Assembly: GCA_052035915.1 (NCBI GenBank)
Contig: JBPOHE010000007.1
Coordinates: 1 to 60,613 of the forward strand
DNA length: 60,613 nucleotides
Source: Pseudomonadota bacterium
GTDB taxonomy: Bacteria > Pseudomonadota > Gammaproteobacteria > Chromatiales > Chromatiaceae
Reading direction: 5' to 3'
Shown: positions 28,835-38,518 of the stretch, piece after piece
How the letters are laid out: every line of letters begins with the position of its first letter
How positions within the stretch are numbered: position 1 is the stretch's first letter
The notes under the pieces: generated by a model
Told to the model about the DNA's origin: nothing
Seen by the model: the letters and a program-made list of their open reading frames with translations, nothing else
Databases searched by the model: none
Made by a program: the position numbers and the translations under genes

Positions 28835-29983
28835 TTATCCCGGCCCGATCCTCACCAGCCCGTTCAGCACCCCTTCCAGCCCGCCGAAGACATGCAGGCT
28901 ACCGATCCGCTCGGTGACCTTCTCCAGGGTCTCCAATTCCTTGAGCCGCAGCAGCAGTGGGTTCTCCTCCATGAGCTTGGCGGTGTTGAGCAAAGAGCGG
29001 GTGGCGGCGGTCTCCTCCCGACGCTTGATGACGTTGGCCTGGGCCGCCTTTTCGGCCTCCACCACCTGGTTGAGGATCGTCTTCATCTCGCCGGGCAGGA
29101 TCACGTCCTTGACCCCCACCTCCCGCACCTCCAGCCCGAAGGGGGCCACCTTGGCCCGCACCTGCTCCAAGAGCCCGGAGTCCAGGGACTCCTTGTCTCC
29201 CAGCAGTTCTTCCAGGGTGCGAGTGCCGACCGCCTGCCGCAGGGCGAATTGCAACTCGCGGTAGAGAAAACCGCTCCAGTCCTCCAGCTCGGCGCGGGCC
29301 TTCAGCGGATCGGCGAGGCGGAAGCCGGCGCTCAGGTTGAGCCTCAGGCTCACCTTGTCCTTGGTGAGGATCTCCTGGCCTCCCACCTCCAGGGTTTGGA
29401 GCCGCAGGTCCAGGGTCTCTACCTTGACCGCCCGCAACCAGGTCCAAAACCCATGCAGACCGGGCTTGAGGCTGTCCACCAAGTCGCCGTCCACGAACAC
29501 CAAGCCGAGATGCTGGGCCTTGACCTCAACCACCAGCACCCCGGCGGACAAGGCCCTGACCAGGACCGGCTGGCTGCGGGAGCGTGCGATCAAGTCCAAT
29601 ACCGCTACGGGCACTCGCAGGTCGTCGCCGATCTCGATCAGCTCCACCCGTACCTCCACCGGGCCGCGCCAGTAAACGCGCCGGGCGGCGGGCGGCAAGA
29701 GATCGGTCAGCTTGTCGTCCTGGAACACCAGTCCCACCTGGCGCTCACCCACATCCACCCGTTGCAGGTGGGCGGCACAGACCTCCGGGGCGGTGCGCAC
29801 CAGCATCTCGGCGCCAGCGAGTTCGAGCTCCACCCGACCCAGGTCGCAGAGCTGTACCGCGACCCGATTCAAGGGGTCGAAGTAACGGTAGACACCGGGC
29901 CTGAGCACGGCCCGCAGGGTACGGTCGCGAAACAGCAGGCCACGCTCCTGCTGGGCCACCACGATGCGCCTGAATCCGAACAT
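28835..29983 (-). CDS. SPFH/band-7 (stomatin/flotillin-like) protein
   Basis: SPFH core ...EVGGQEILTKDKVSLRLNLSAGFRL... followed by a coiled-coil. Start trimmed to the ATG after AAGGAG. The upstream 97 codons of the ORF are GC-rich read-through. Confidence 0.8.
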   Translation of the reverse strand: MFGFRRIVVAQQERGLLFRDRTLRAVLRPGVYRYFDPLNRVAVQLCDLGRVELELAGAEMLVRTAPEVCAAHLQRVDVGERQVGLVFQDDKLTDLLPPAARRVYWRGPVEVRVELIEIGDDLRVPVAVLDLIARSRSQPVLVRALSAGVLVVEVKAQHLGLVFVDGDLVDSLKPGLHGFWTWLRAVKVETLDLRLQTLEVGGQEILTKDKVSLRLNLSAGFRLADPLKARAELEDWSGFLYRELQFALRQAVGTRTLEELLGDKESLDSGLLEQVRAKVAPFGLEVREVGVKDVILPGEMKTILNQVVEAEKAAQANVIKRREETAATRSLLNTAKLMEENPLLLRLKELETLEKVTERIGSLHVFGGLEGVLNGLVRIGPG

Positions 29984-30410
29984 GATTCTTCTCCTTTCTA
30001 CACAAGGGCGGCTTGCCGCCTGGGAAGAGAGCCGCCCGCTGTTGGCGGACGCCTTCTCCATTGGCCTCGACAGGGCCGGATAGGCCAGGTCGAGGCGGTA
30101 GTGGCGGCCAAGTCCCGGAGAGGGGAAAGGCGGCCACCGCCGAATAAGCCGTTCCGGGATCGCCGGAGGCGGCTGAAAATCTGGAGACCACCCCGCACCC
30201 GCCCAGCGGGCCACGGGGGCCGGGGGATGGACCCAGGACGGGCCTCGGTAAGGGGCGCTCCGGCGCTGTTTCACTCCTGTGATCCCCTACCTTGGCTGGT
30301 TCTGGGCCGACCCTCCCCGCCGATCCGTCACACAAGCCGGGCGGGTGCCGCGACGCTTGGCGGTCGGGGAGTCGCCTCCCCGCTTCCCCCTCCGTCGCCG
30401 GGGGGTTCCA

Positions 30411-30532
30411 TGCTGTCAAGCGGATTCGAACCGCGGACCCTTGCGGGTCTTTCCTATGGCGGAAATGGAGGATTTGAACCCCCTACCCACTGGTGATCGG
30501 CCAGTTGCTCTACCCAACGAGCTCATTTCCAC
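30411..30532 (-). pseudogene. tRNA-like remnants: one 76-nt tRNA-like sequence (G-1, His-like arms, aberrant anticodon loop CCGATCA) plus a downstream T-arm/acceptor fragment
   Basis: The minus strand reads GTGGAAATGAGCTCGTTGGGTAGAGCAACTGGCCGATCACCAGTGGGTAGGGGGTTCAAATCCTCCATTTCCGCCA. It has acceptor, D and T arms but lacks U33 and purine-37. It is followed by ...GACCCGCAAGGGTCCGCGGTTCGAATCCGCTTGACAGCA (T-loop TTCGAAT, no 5' partner). Confidence 0.45.
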
Positions 30533-30678
30533 GGGCTTTCAAGGATCTCGCTGCCCCGGTACGGACCCTGCGATCGCGCCATCCATTCGAGGCGGCGGAG
30601 AGGCTTGGGCACGCCAGGCCGGAATGGGAACCGGCACCGCTGGAGCAGAGAGCCTTCCCTGAAAGAGTTTTACGGGGC

Positions 30679-30840
30679 TTAAGGCGATTTCTGTCAAAAG
30701 ATAACCAGCCTGCGGGTCTGTTCGTCCGCCTTCGGTGTTCCGCCAGCCGTTACAGAGCTCGCTCTGCGCCGTCTGACGCGCCTGGAAAGCGAACGAACCG
30801 CCGTCGCATTCAGGTATGTCTTTTTCCGGCAATCGCCTAA
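30679..30840. mobile_element. MITE-D copy 1 (about 160 bp, TIR TTAGGCGAT/ATCGCCTAA)
   Basis: Highly similar to 37506-37664. Nested internal palindromes CTGTTCGTCCGCC...AACGAACAG. Confidence 0.55.
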
Positions 30841-31107
30841 AACGACAGAGCCCCGGACGGCGTCATGCCGACCGGGGCTCTGAGTCCGGAAGGCATCGCC
30901 GAGCGGGCCTTCCGCAATGGAATTCCGGAAGCCCTAGATCAGGTTGAATTTCCCACCGCGCCCGTGCGCGGCCACTTGGTTGAATGTATTCGGGTCATGG
31001 ATCATTGGACTTGGATACCAAACATGCGCTGGAAAGAAGGCGGCGGATTCTAAGCCGAAACCGCGGATTGTCAATAAGCATTTTATCCATGACGACCGGG
31101 CAATCGC

Positions 31108-33645
31108 CTAATCTCCGCACTCGGCCGGCGTCATGGGCAGATCCCGGGTTTCGGCGATCGAGAAGGGGGCGAATACCGCCTTGTAGGGGAAGAAGCCCTC
31201 CGCCCAGGCGAAGAGGGTCACCTGGCCGTTGCCGTCCGTCGGGATATCGTCCAAGGCGTACAGACCGTCGCCACCACAACTGAACTGGCTCTGGCCGTTG
31301 GCCAGCAGCATGGCGCAGACGGGGATGGTCGTCCCCGCCAGAAACACCTTGCCCGAAAGACTTGCCTTGGGCAGGCTGCTGTGTTGAGTGGTCGTACCAC
31401 CGTCCGGCCCCTGGCAGGGTGACACCCTCATGGCCACATCGACCTGCCCGAAGGTCGTGTCTGGGGTGAACACCAGCTTATAGGGATCGAAACCATCGGC
31501 CCAAGAATACAGGGTGACCTGGTCCTGACTATCGAGGGGAATGGATTGCAAGGCGAAGCGGCCTTCCCCATCACAACTGAACTGGCTCCGGCCGTTGGCC
31601 AACACCAGGGCGCAGACAGGGATGTCGGTGCCGAACAGGGAGACGACGCCGGAGAGGTCGATCTGGGAAAAGAGACTCAGTTTGGCGACGAAGGCGTCAT
31701 CATAAGAATTGCCGTTATGCGCCCGAAGCGGAGCACCCCAGGTGGCCAGACTCCAACCGGTCACGTAGACATGACTGGTTCCCTTCAGCGCAATACCTTT
31801 GCCCGAATCGGTTTCGCTGCCGAGAAAGGTGTTCCAGAGGAGGAAGCCATTGAGGTTGAGCTGGGCGACAAAGGCATTGGGACATGGGAAGGTGTACCCA
31901 TCGCCGCAGGTTCCACCGCTATAAGGCTGGAGCGGACTGGCCCAGGTGGCGGAACTGTACCCAGTCACAGAAAGATTGCCGTTGGCGTTTATCGCGAGGC
32001 CATAGCCGAAATCGTTATGGCTGCCGCCGAGGAAGCTGTTCCAGAGCAGGGCGCCATCAGCGTCGATCTGGGCGACAAAGGCGTCGATACAAGGGTATAT
32101 TCCAGGGGCAGAGCCGCAAGCTCCGCCGCTATGCGTCCGCAACGGGCTGCCCCAGGTGGCGTCGCTACCTCCCGTCACATAGACATGGTCACTGTCGTCC
32201 AGGGCGATACCCCGACCTGAATCGTAGCCGCTGTTACCAAGAAAGGTGTTCCAGAGCAGCTCGCCATGGGCGTCGAGCTTGGCGACAAAGGCATCGTAAC
32301 CGCCGCTATGCGCCCGTAGTGGACTACCCCAGGTAGCGAAACTGTACCCGGTCACATAGATATGGCCACTGCCGTCTAGGGCGATGCCATAACCGAGGGC
32401 CCCGTCGCTGCCGCCGAGGAAGCTGTGCCAGAGCAGGGCGCCATTGGGGTCGAGCTTGGCAACAAAGGCACCGGCACCACTATGCGTCCGCACCGGGTTG
32501 CCCCAGGTGGTGCCGCTGCCTCCCGTCACATAGACATGGCCACTGCCGTCCACGGCGATACCATAGCCGAAATCGTTTTGGCTGCCGCCGAGAAAGACAT
32601 TCCAGAGCAGGGCGCCATCGGCATCGAGCCGGGCGGCAAAGGCATCGGTACAAGGGATTGGCACACGGTAACCACAATATCCGCCACCATACTCTCGCAA
32701 CGGACTACCCCAGGAAGCGTTGCTGCGACCGGTCACAAAAATATGGCCGCTGCCATCCAAGGCGACACCCTCACCTAAATCGTCGCCGCTGCCACCCAGG
32801 AAGGTGTTCCAGAGCAAGGCGCCATCGGGATCGAGCTTGGCGACAAAGGCATCGTAACCGCCGCCATGCGCCCGTAGTGGACGGCCCCAGGTGGCGTCGC
32901 TGGAACCAGCGACATAGATGTTGCCGTCGCCATCCACCGCGAGGCCATTACCAGCATCACTACCACTACCGCCCAAAAAGGTATTCCAACTCAAGGTGGG
33001 ATCGATCCACAGCGGGCGGGTCGGATCGTGCTCACCCAACGCAAAGCCCAGTTCCCGTTCGCCATGCTGGACAAAGGAGACGCTGACGGATAGACGCTGG
33101 CCGTCCACTTCCTGCCAGGCGATGGGCGCGGATTCGCTGAGGACGCCGGTATCAAAACGGATGCTCAGGCGGCCATCGGCGGTGAGGTTCAAGGACCGGT
33201 TGTAGCGCAGCCGTACCTGATTGATGTCGGCGCCTGGTTGCAGTCGGTAGAGACTTTCGGCGATACCGCCCGGCGCGGCGTGGTAGCTGAGGTCGATGCC
33301 GTCCCAGAGATTGGGGTAGCGTACTTGCGTCAGGGGCGGGGCCGGCGACTCCTGGCCGGTCGCCGCCGGGGTGTCGCTCTGGGGGATGACAGGCTGGGCG
33401 TTGAGGAATTCCACCTTGAGCCCATGATGACCGCTGGCCGTGAGTAGGTACCGAGGAGCAAAACCCAGCACATGACCACCGGCGGTAAAGGTCTGTAGTT
33501 CAGGTGTCGGCGGCGAGGTGAGCGTTGTCCTGCCCTCCGGCAAGGGGGACGTCATGGGTTCCATCCCCCCGAGACTGGCTGATCCCACCCCCACCAGGCC
33601 GAGCAGCCCGGCCAATCCAAGTCCATACCACAGCTTCAGATTCAT
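31108..33645 (-). CDS. Secreted SBBP-repeat (beta-propeller) protein
   Basis: Signal peptide MNLKLWYGLGLAGLLGLVGVGSASLG. Tandem LWNTFLGGSG.D.G.GIA.DGSG.IYVTG.S...WG.P.....GGYDAFVAKL repeats. Duplicated C-terminal module. Start trimmed to the ATG after AAGGAGG. Confidence 0.8.
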   Translation of the reverse strand: MNLKLWYGLGLAGLLGLVGVGSASLGGMEPMTSPLPEGRTTLTSPPTPELQTFTAGGHVLGFAPRYLLTASGHHGLKVEFLNAQPVIPQSDTPAATGQESPAPPLTQVRYPNLWDGIDLSYHAAPGGIAESLYRLQPGADINQVRLRYNRSLNLTADGRLSIRFDTGVLSESAPIAWQEVDGQRLSVSVSFVQHGERELGFALGEHDPTRPLWIDPTLSWNTFLGGSGSDAGNGLAVDGDGNIYVAGSSDATWGRPLRAHGGGYDAFVAKLDPDGALLWNTFLGGSGDDLGEGVALDGSGHIFVTGRSNASWGSPLREYGGGYCGYRVPIPCTDAFAARLDADGALLWNVFLGGSQNDFGYGIAVDGSGHVYVTGGSGTTWGNPVRTHSGAGAFVAKLDPNGALLWHSFLGGSDGALGYGIALDGSGHIYVTGYSFATWGSPLRAHSGGYDAFVAKLDAHGELLWNTFLGNSGYDSGRGIALDDSDHVYVTGGSDATWGSPLRTHSGGACGSAPGIYPCIDAFVAQIDADGALLWNSFLGGSHNDFGYGLAINANGNLSVTGYSSATWASPLQPYSGGTCGDGYTFPCPNAFVAQLNLNGFLLWNTFLGSETDSGKGIALKGTSHVYVTGWSLATWGAPLRAHNGNSYDDAFVAKLSLFSQIDLSGVVSLFGTDIPVCALVLANGRSQFSCDGEGRFALQSIPLDSQDQVTLYSWADGFDPYKLVFTPDTTFGQVDVAMRVSPCQGPDGGTTTQHSSLPKASLSGKVFLAGTTIPVCAMLLANGQSQFSCGGDGLYALDDIPTDGNGQVTLFAWAEGFFPYKAVFAPFSIAETRDLPMTPAECGD

Positions 33646-33845
33646 AGATCGTTCCTCCTTCTGTCCTTTCTGATCGTTGTCTTCCGGGAATTCCACTGGG
33701 CGACAGAGTGTATCCCAGTCCGATCGCCAGCCATCAGTGACCTCGATCAAAGAATCAACACCTTCTCGGTCGATGACTGCCGTGACCGGCAGATCGGCGG
33801 CGATTTGTTGCTGATTGCGGTTTGCCCGGACCAGCACGAGCTGGG

Positions 33846-33963
33846 CCGGGCATGGGGGCACGAGTCGGCCTATTGTTCTTTTTATGAGAACAATATATTC
33901 AAAAAATAAATTATTGTTGTTTTTAAAAGAACGGAAATGAACCTATTCGGCCCGATGCCCGGA
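33846..33963. mobile_element. MITE-C family copy (C3)
   Basis: CCGGGCATGGGGGCACGAGTCGGCCTATTGTTCT-N6-GAGAACAAT...AAGAAC...CCTATTCGGCCCGATGCCCGGA, a long imperfect TIR. Confidence 0.5.
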
Positions 33964-34164
33964 TATTTCTGGTCGGGGACATCAGGGACGCCGGATTCAC
34001 TGCCCGGCGGCCCGCGAGCTCAAGGTCTCCGTCTCAGCGGACGCGCCAGACGACCACCCTTCACATGCCAAGATTGCACCCACCTCGGACAATGCCTAGA
34101 GTGATGAGCAGCCGCTCATGTTCATTGGCGGAGCGGACATCCCCAAAAGCGAGGTTTGAGGTTG

Positions 34165-34244
34165 GCAGAGTAGGTCGGCAATCCTTTGCCGACACTCCCT
34201 GATCGGCATCAAATGGCGGCAAGGGGTTGCCGCCCTACGAACTC
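34165..34244. repeat. REP-B element copy 2
   Basis: Same sequence as 25648-25727 with 2-3 mismatches. Confidence 0.6.
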
Positions 34245-34292
34245 GGAAGTGGCCACGAGAATTTCCAAGCAGCTTTTAGATATCTTTAGAGG

Positions 34293-34847
34293 TTGGGTTC
34301 TATGGCGGGCATCACCCCGGAACAGGCGAATGCGGTATGGACGGCTTCCCCCTGCTTATTGCCGGGGACAGCGATACAAGCGGCCCTGGATCGTATGGCC
34401 GCCGAGATCACCCGGGTCCTGGCCACGGCGGATCCGCTGGTCTTGGTGGTGATGCAGGGAGGGGTGATTCCGGCTGGACAACTCTTACCCCGATTGGATT
34501 TCCCGCTACGCCTGGACTATGTGCATGCCACCCGCTATCGGGAACAGACCCGGGGCGGCGAACTGCATTGGCTGAAACCCCCGCCGCCATTGGCCGGGGA
34601 ATGCGTATTGATCCTGGACGATGTGTTGGACGAAGGCATCACCCTGGCCGAGATCGTCTCCGCCTGTTATCGGCAGGGCGCCAAACAGGTCTACACAGCC
34701 GTCGTGGTGGAAAAACACCGCCCCCGCCAGGTGCCCCTGGTGGCCGATTTCATCGGCGTGCGGGTGGAGGATAGGTATCTGTTCGGCTACGGCATGGACT
34801 ACAAAGGCTATCTACGCAACGCCAACGGCATTTATGCCGTGGACTGA
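34293..34847 (+). CDS. hpt: Hypoxanthine-guanine phosphoribosyltransferase
   Basis: CVLILDDVLDEGITL is the PRPP-binding motif. C-terminal FGYGMDYKGYLRN. Confidence 0.85.
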   Translation: MGSMAGITPEQANAVWTASPCLLPGTAIQAALDRMAAEITRVLATADPLVLVVMQGGVIPAGQLLPRLDFPLRLDYVHATRYREQTRGGELHWLKPPPPLAGECVLILDDVLDEGITLAEIVSACYRQGAKQVYTAVVVEKHRPRQVPLVADFIGVRVEDRYLFGYGMDYKGYLRNANGIYAVD

Positions 34848-35060
34848 ATATCACCCTGGCCAGACCGGGTTCAATCTCTTAGCGCTCAGAACCTTTTCCC
34901 TTTATGATTGTAGTTATTGATAAATAGAATGAACGCATAACCTGACCCCGGGAGGGGTACAGGGAAACCGAACAAATCCAGACCCGGTTGTTTTCCGCCG
35001 CTCTTTGGCGTGAAGGGTTTGGCCACCAGAGCGACCACCTATAATAGGAGGAGCCTTTTC

Positions 35061-35504
35061 ATGATTGCCCTTGACTCAGTCCGTGATCAGCATCTCCAAC
35101 TACAGGAGATGATTACCGATATCAAGGCCATGCTGAAGCCCGAGGTGCTCAGCATCAAGCCGAATGCCAAGCTGGCCTACGAGATGATCTGTTCCCTCGG
35201 GGTCAAGATGAAGGAACATCTGGCCGCCCAGGACGAGGGGTTGTATCCGAGTCTGTTGACCCACCAGGATCCCCAGTTGAAATCCGTCGCCTGGGGTTTC
35301 ATCAACGGCGAAAAACCTCTGCGGCGGGTATTCGACGATTACTACAAAAAGTGGCTGAAAGATTGCGACTTCAGCTTCAACACCGAGTTCATGACGGATA
35401 CCCGCGATTTGCTCACGATGCTGGAAAACCGTATCAACCGGGAGAAAACCCTGCTCCTGCCCAAACTGGAACAGACCGGCCTGTTCGGTCGCCTTCAAGC
35501 CTGA
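35061..35504 (+). CDS. Hemerythrin-like domain protein
   Basis: 148 aa with RBS GGAGGAG, helical with His/Glu/Asp spacing (H...EH...D). The assignment is weak. Confidence 0.5.
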   Translation: MIALDSVRDQHLQLQEMITDIKAMLKPEVLSIKPNAKLAYEMICSLGVKMKEHLAAQDEGLYPSLLTHQDPQLKSVAWGFINGEKPLRRVFDDYYKKWLKDCDFSFNTEFMTDTRDLLTMLENRINREKTLLLPKLEQTGLFGRLQA

Positions 35505-35671
35505 GCCAGCCTTACCAAGGGACCGGCCGACCTGGACAGGCGGTCGGTCGGTTCGCTCGTTGCGTTTTGTATCCTTCAGATTCCCTTCCTTCGGTGGCCG
35601 CTATTCACATCCCCTCCGCCCGCCTCTCCCCCAGGGGATTGAACGATCAACGGCTGAGGTGACTCGGGGCC

Positions 35672-36406
35672 ATGCTGGCGATCATCGGCGGTTCCGGCCT
35701 GAACAGTCTCCAGGGGTTCGAGGTGCATCGCACCCTGGAGGTGGCGACCCCATTCGGTTCTCCTTCCGCCCCGCTCGGTTTCGGTCGCATCGGCGACCAC
35801 GAATTCATCTTTCTCCCCCGACATGGGGTGGGACACCGTCTCCCACCTCACCTGATCAATTACCGCGCCAATATCTGGGCGCTCTGGAAAGCCGGGGCGA
35901 AAACGATCATGGGGGTGGCCGCCGTCGGCGGGATCAGCCCCCGGATGCGCCCCACCAGCCTGGTGATACCGGATCAGATCATCGATTACACCTGGGGCCG
36001 GGAGTCGAGCTTCGGCACCGATTCGGACGGCCGGGTGCTTCACATCGACTTCACCCATCCCTATTGTGAAGCCCTGCGGCAGAACATCCTCGCCGCGGCG
36101 GAAGGGCTGGGGATCGCGGCGATCGACGGCGGCACCTATGGCGCCATGCAAGGCCCCCGCCTGGAAACCGCCAGGGAGATCCAGCGCCTGGAACGGGACG
36201 GTTGCGATCTGGTCGGCATGACCGGCATGCCGGAGGCCGCCCTGGCGAGGGAATTGGGCCTCTGTTATGCCTGTTGTGCCCTGGTGGCGAATTGGGCGGC
36301 CGGTAAAGAGGCTGCTATCCTCAGCATGACTGAAATCGAGCAGACCCTCCGGTTGGGTATGACCCAGGTGCTCAGACTCATTCCAGCCCTCCTCGATCAG
36401 TTTTGA
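35672..36406 (+). CDS. mtnP: S-methyl-5'-thioadenosine phosphorylase (PNP/MTAP family)
   Basis: MLAIIGGSGLN...GVAAVGGISP...GMTGMPEA gives the PNP-UDP fold over 244 aa. Confidence 0.8.
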   Translation: MLAIIGGSGLNSLQGFEVHRTLEVATPFGSPSAPLGFGRIGDHEFIFLPRHGVGHRLPPHLINYRANIWALWKAGAKTIMGVAAVGGISPRMRPTSLVIPDQIIDYTWGRESSFGTDSDGRVLHIDFTHPYCEALRQNILAAAEGLGIAAIDGGTYGAMQGPRLETAREIQRLERDGCDLVGMTGMPEAALARELGLCYACCALVANWAAGKEAAILSMTEIEQTLRLGMTQVLRLIPALLDQF

Positions 36407-36499
36407 CCGGTTATCGGCCCAGCCCAAAGGGTTGCAAGTGGGAATCTTCCGCTCGGGGCCATAATCGCCTCCCTACTTCTTTGTTTCCGGACAGCCAGT

Positions 36500-37480
36500 A
36501 TGAACGACAACATCGCCCATCCCCTTGATCATGACATCCTCTGTATCGACACCGGGGATTTTCGCCATCGTATGGTGGCGAGTTACCTGGTGGAACAGGA
36601 TGGTCATGCGGCCTTCGTCGATACCGGCACCGCCCGCGCCCTCGGGCGGCTGATGTCGGTTTTGCAGTCAAGAGGATTGAGTCCGGAACAGGTCGATTAC
36701 GTTATCCCCACCCATGTCCACCTCGACCATGCCGGGGGGTCCGGCAGCCTGATGCAGCTTTGCCCCAATGCCAAGTTGGTGATCCATCCCCGAGGGGCAC
36801 CCCACATGGTCGATCCCAGCAAGCTGATTGCCGGCTCGCTGATCGTCTATGGCGAAGAGGTGTTCGCCAGGGATTTCGATACCCTCCACCCGGTGCCCCA
36901 GGAACGTGTGATCGTGGCGGAAGATGGTTATGAGTTGGAACTCGGCGGGCGACGCCTGAGCTTCCTGGACACCCCGGGGCACGCCAATCACCACTTCTGC
37001 GTCTTCGACCATCGCAGTCGGGGCTTTTTCACCGGCGACACCTTCGGTATTTCCTACCGGGAATTCGACAGCGACCTGGGCCCCTTTCTCTTTGCCCCGA
37101 CCACGCCGGTGGCCTTTGACCCGGAGGCCTGGATAAGCAGCGTCGATCGCATGCTGTCCTATCAACCGGAATGGATGTACCTCACCCATTTCGGGGCCAT
37201 CCTTCCCACGCCGGAACAGATCGATCAACTCAAGGCCAGTATCCGCCGCATGGCGGAGATCGCCTTGGCCGAAGAGGTAGGAAATCCAACCGGACGCCAG
37301 GAACGCATTCGCCTCGGGGTAGAGGCGGAACTGGTCGCCGGCGCCATGGCCAATGGTAGCGGTCTGGATGCGGATGGCTGCCGGGAATTGCTGGCCTTCG
37401 ACGCGGATCTCAATGCCCAGGGTCTGGAGGTCTGGCTGGTACGGCGGGAAAAGGCCCGGCGGGCGGGGATGTCTACTTAG
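36500..37480 (+). CDS. MBL-fold metallo-hydrolase
   Basis: THVHLDHAGG motif; length 326 aa. Confidence 0.8.
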   Translation: MNDNIAHPLDHDILCIDTGDFRHRMVASYLVEQDGHAAFVDTGTARALGRLMSVLQSRGLSPEQVDYVIPTHVHLDHAGGSGSLMQLCPNAKLVIHPRGAPHMVDPSKLIAGSLIVYGEEVFARDFDTLHPVPQERVIVAEDGYELELGGRRLSFLDTPGHANHHFCVFDHRSRGFFTGDTFGISYREFDSDLGPFLFAPTTPVAFDPEAWISSVDRMLSYQPEWMYLTHFGAILPTPEQIDQLKASIRRMAEIALAEEVGNPTGRQERIRLGVEAELVAGAMANGSGLDADGCRELLAFDADLNAQGLEVWLVRREKARRAGMST

Positions 37481-37505
37481 GGGCCAATCGAACAGGAATT
37501 GGCAT

Positions 37506-37664
37506 TAGGCGATTTCTGTCAAAAAATATACCAGCCTGCTGGTCTGTTCGTCCGCCCTCGGCGTTACGCCAGCCGTTACAGAGCGCGCTCCGCGCCGGCT
37601 GGCGCGCCTGGAAGACAAACGAACAGAGGGCGCATCAGATATATCTTTTCCGGCCATCGCCTAA
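37506..37664. mobile_element. MITE-D copy 2
   Basis: A direct repeat of 30679-30840 with the same TIRs. Confidence 0.55.
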
Positions 37665-38065
37665 CGTCCTTTCCATGGAATCTCTGGCGATAAAAGTCAA
37701 AGAAGGCGTGGTCAAGAGGCTTATAGTGGTCGATCTCCGATATGACCAAGGATCGCCATTCATTATGCAGGGTGATGGAAAGTATCGACATGATCGCCCG
37801 CAGGCCAATCATTTCACTCGCCAAATCGAGGGTCTATGTTTTGCGGTTGAGCTGGGAATCCGGGATGTTCGGACTCTTTAAGGACGAGATATGGCGCTAT
37901 CCACCCCCCCCGTTATCCCGATGCGCGACTCCCACCACATCGACTATCGACAACCCACAGCGACCCCATGCTGCGGGTTGTCGACATTCATGATCTCTCC
38001 GAAGAAGAATGGTATCAGCACGCTGTCACTCCTTGCCTCCATGTGCCCAAATACAGAACGCCTCT

Positions 38066-38518
38066 TTATTTGATGGCCGAGTACATACCGCGCCCGGACG
38101 AGGTGAGCCGTCCCTTCTTCTTTAAGTAAGCCAACAATTGACTCAGGTTGGCGACTTCGACACCGATTTCGGCGAGGTGGTCCTTTATTTCTTTGGTCGA
38201 CGCTTGGGATTGCGCGTTGACAAAGTCGACTACTTTCTGCGTCGCCTGAATTTTTCCGGCAGGCGGCGTTGTAGCGGTTGTGGACGCACTGGCCGTGACC
38301 GTTTTACGCCTTCTACCGATCAGATTCTGTAATTCCGACTCGATTTCACGGATCTGGCGGTTGTATTCGTTGGTAACCTCCTTCCGTTTGGCCCGCAACT
38401 CTTCAATGCGTTGCTTACGAGCCTCTTTCTGTTGCTCTTTCTCCAACTCGGCACGCTGCCGAGCGAGTTCATACAGCTCTTGCGACGTCATTTCTTCGAA
38501 GGCTTTGTTATTGATCAA
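38066..38518 (-). CDS. Coiled-coil DNA-binding protein, possibly H-NS/MvaT-like nucleoid-associated protein
   Basis: N-terminal charged coiled-coil (ELARQRAELEKEQQKEARKQRIEELRAKRKE). C-terminal basic helix plus SGRG motif (LAYLKKKGRLTSSGRGMYS). The gene is AT-rich and lies in an AT-rich 1.7-kb islet. Confidence 0.45.
   Translation of the reverse strand: MINNKAFEEMTSQELYELARQRAELEKEQQKEARKQRIEELRAKRKEVTNEYNRQIREIESELQNLIGRRRKTVTASASTTATTPPAGKIQATQKVVDFVNAQSQASTKEIKDHLAEIGVEVANLSQLLAYLKKKGRLTSSGRGMYSAIK

Noticed and set aside
28835-30274. Long N-terminal extensions on several ORF-track entries (e.g. 28835-30274, 14862-16637, 31108-33861, 52907-55033, 46880-48169, 2744-3232, 3102-4421)
   Set aside because: The upstream parts are GC-rich read-through with no motif content. 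Each has an internal ATG with a good Shine-Dalgarno followed by a recognisable protein N-terminus or signal peptide. Genes were trimmed to those starts.
29984-30410. Possible tmRNA or RNase P RNA in the 420-bp GC-rich non-coding region upstream of the SPFH gene
   Set aside because: None of the conserved tmRNA (5' GGGG...tag-reading frame, 3' tRNA-Ala-like end with CCA) or RNase P (GGAAAGTCCGGGCTCC, AGGGTGAAA, ACAGAACCCGGCTTA) motifs are present.
30279-30662. 127-aa ORF spanning the tRNA-like region (translation contains ...EDLNPLPTGDR...)
   Set aside because: This peptide pattern is the classic antisense translation of tRNA T-arm/acceptor sequence. The region is better explained as tRNA-like remnants.
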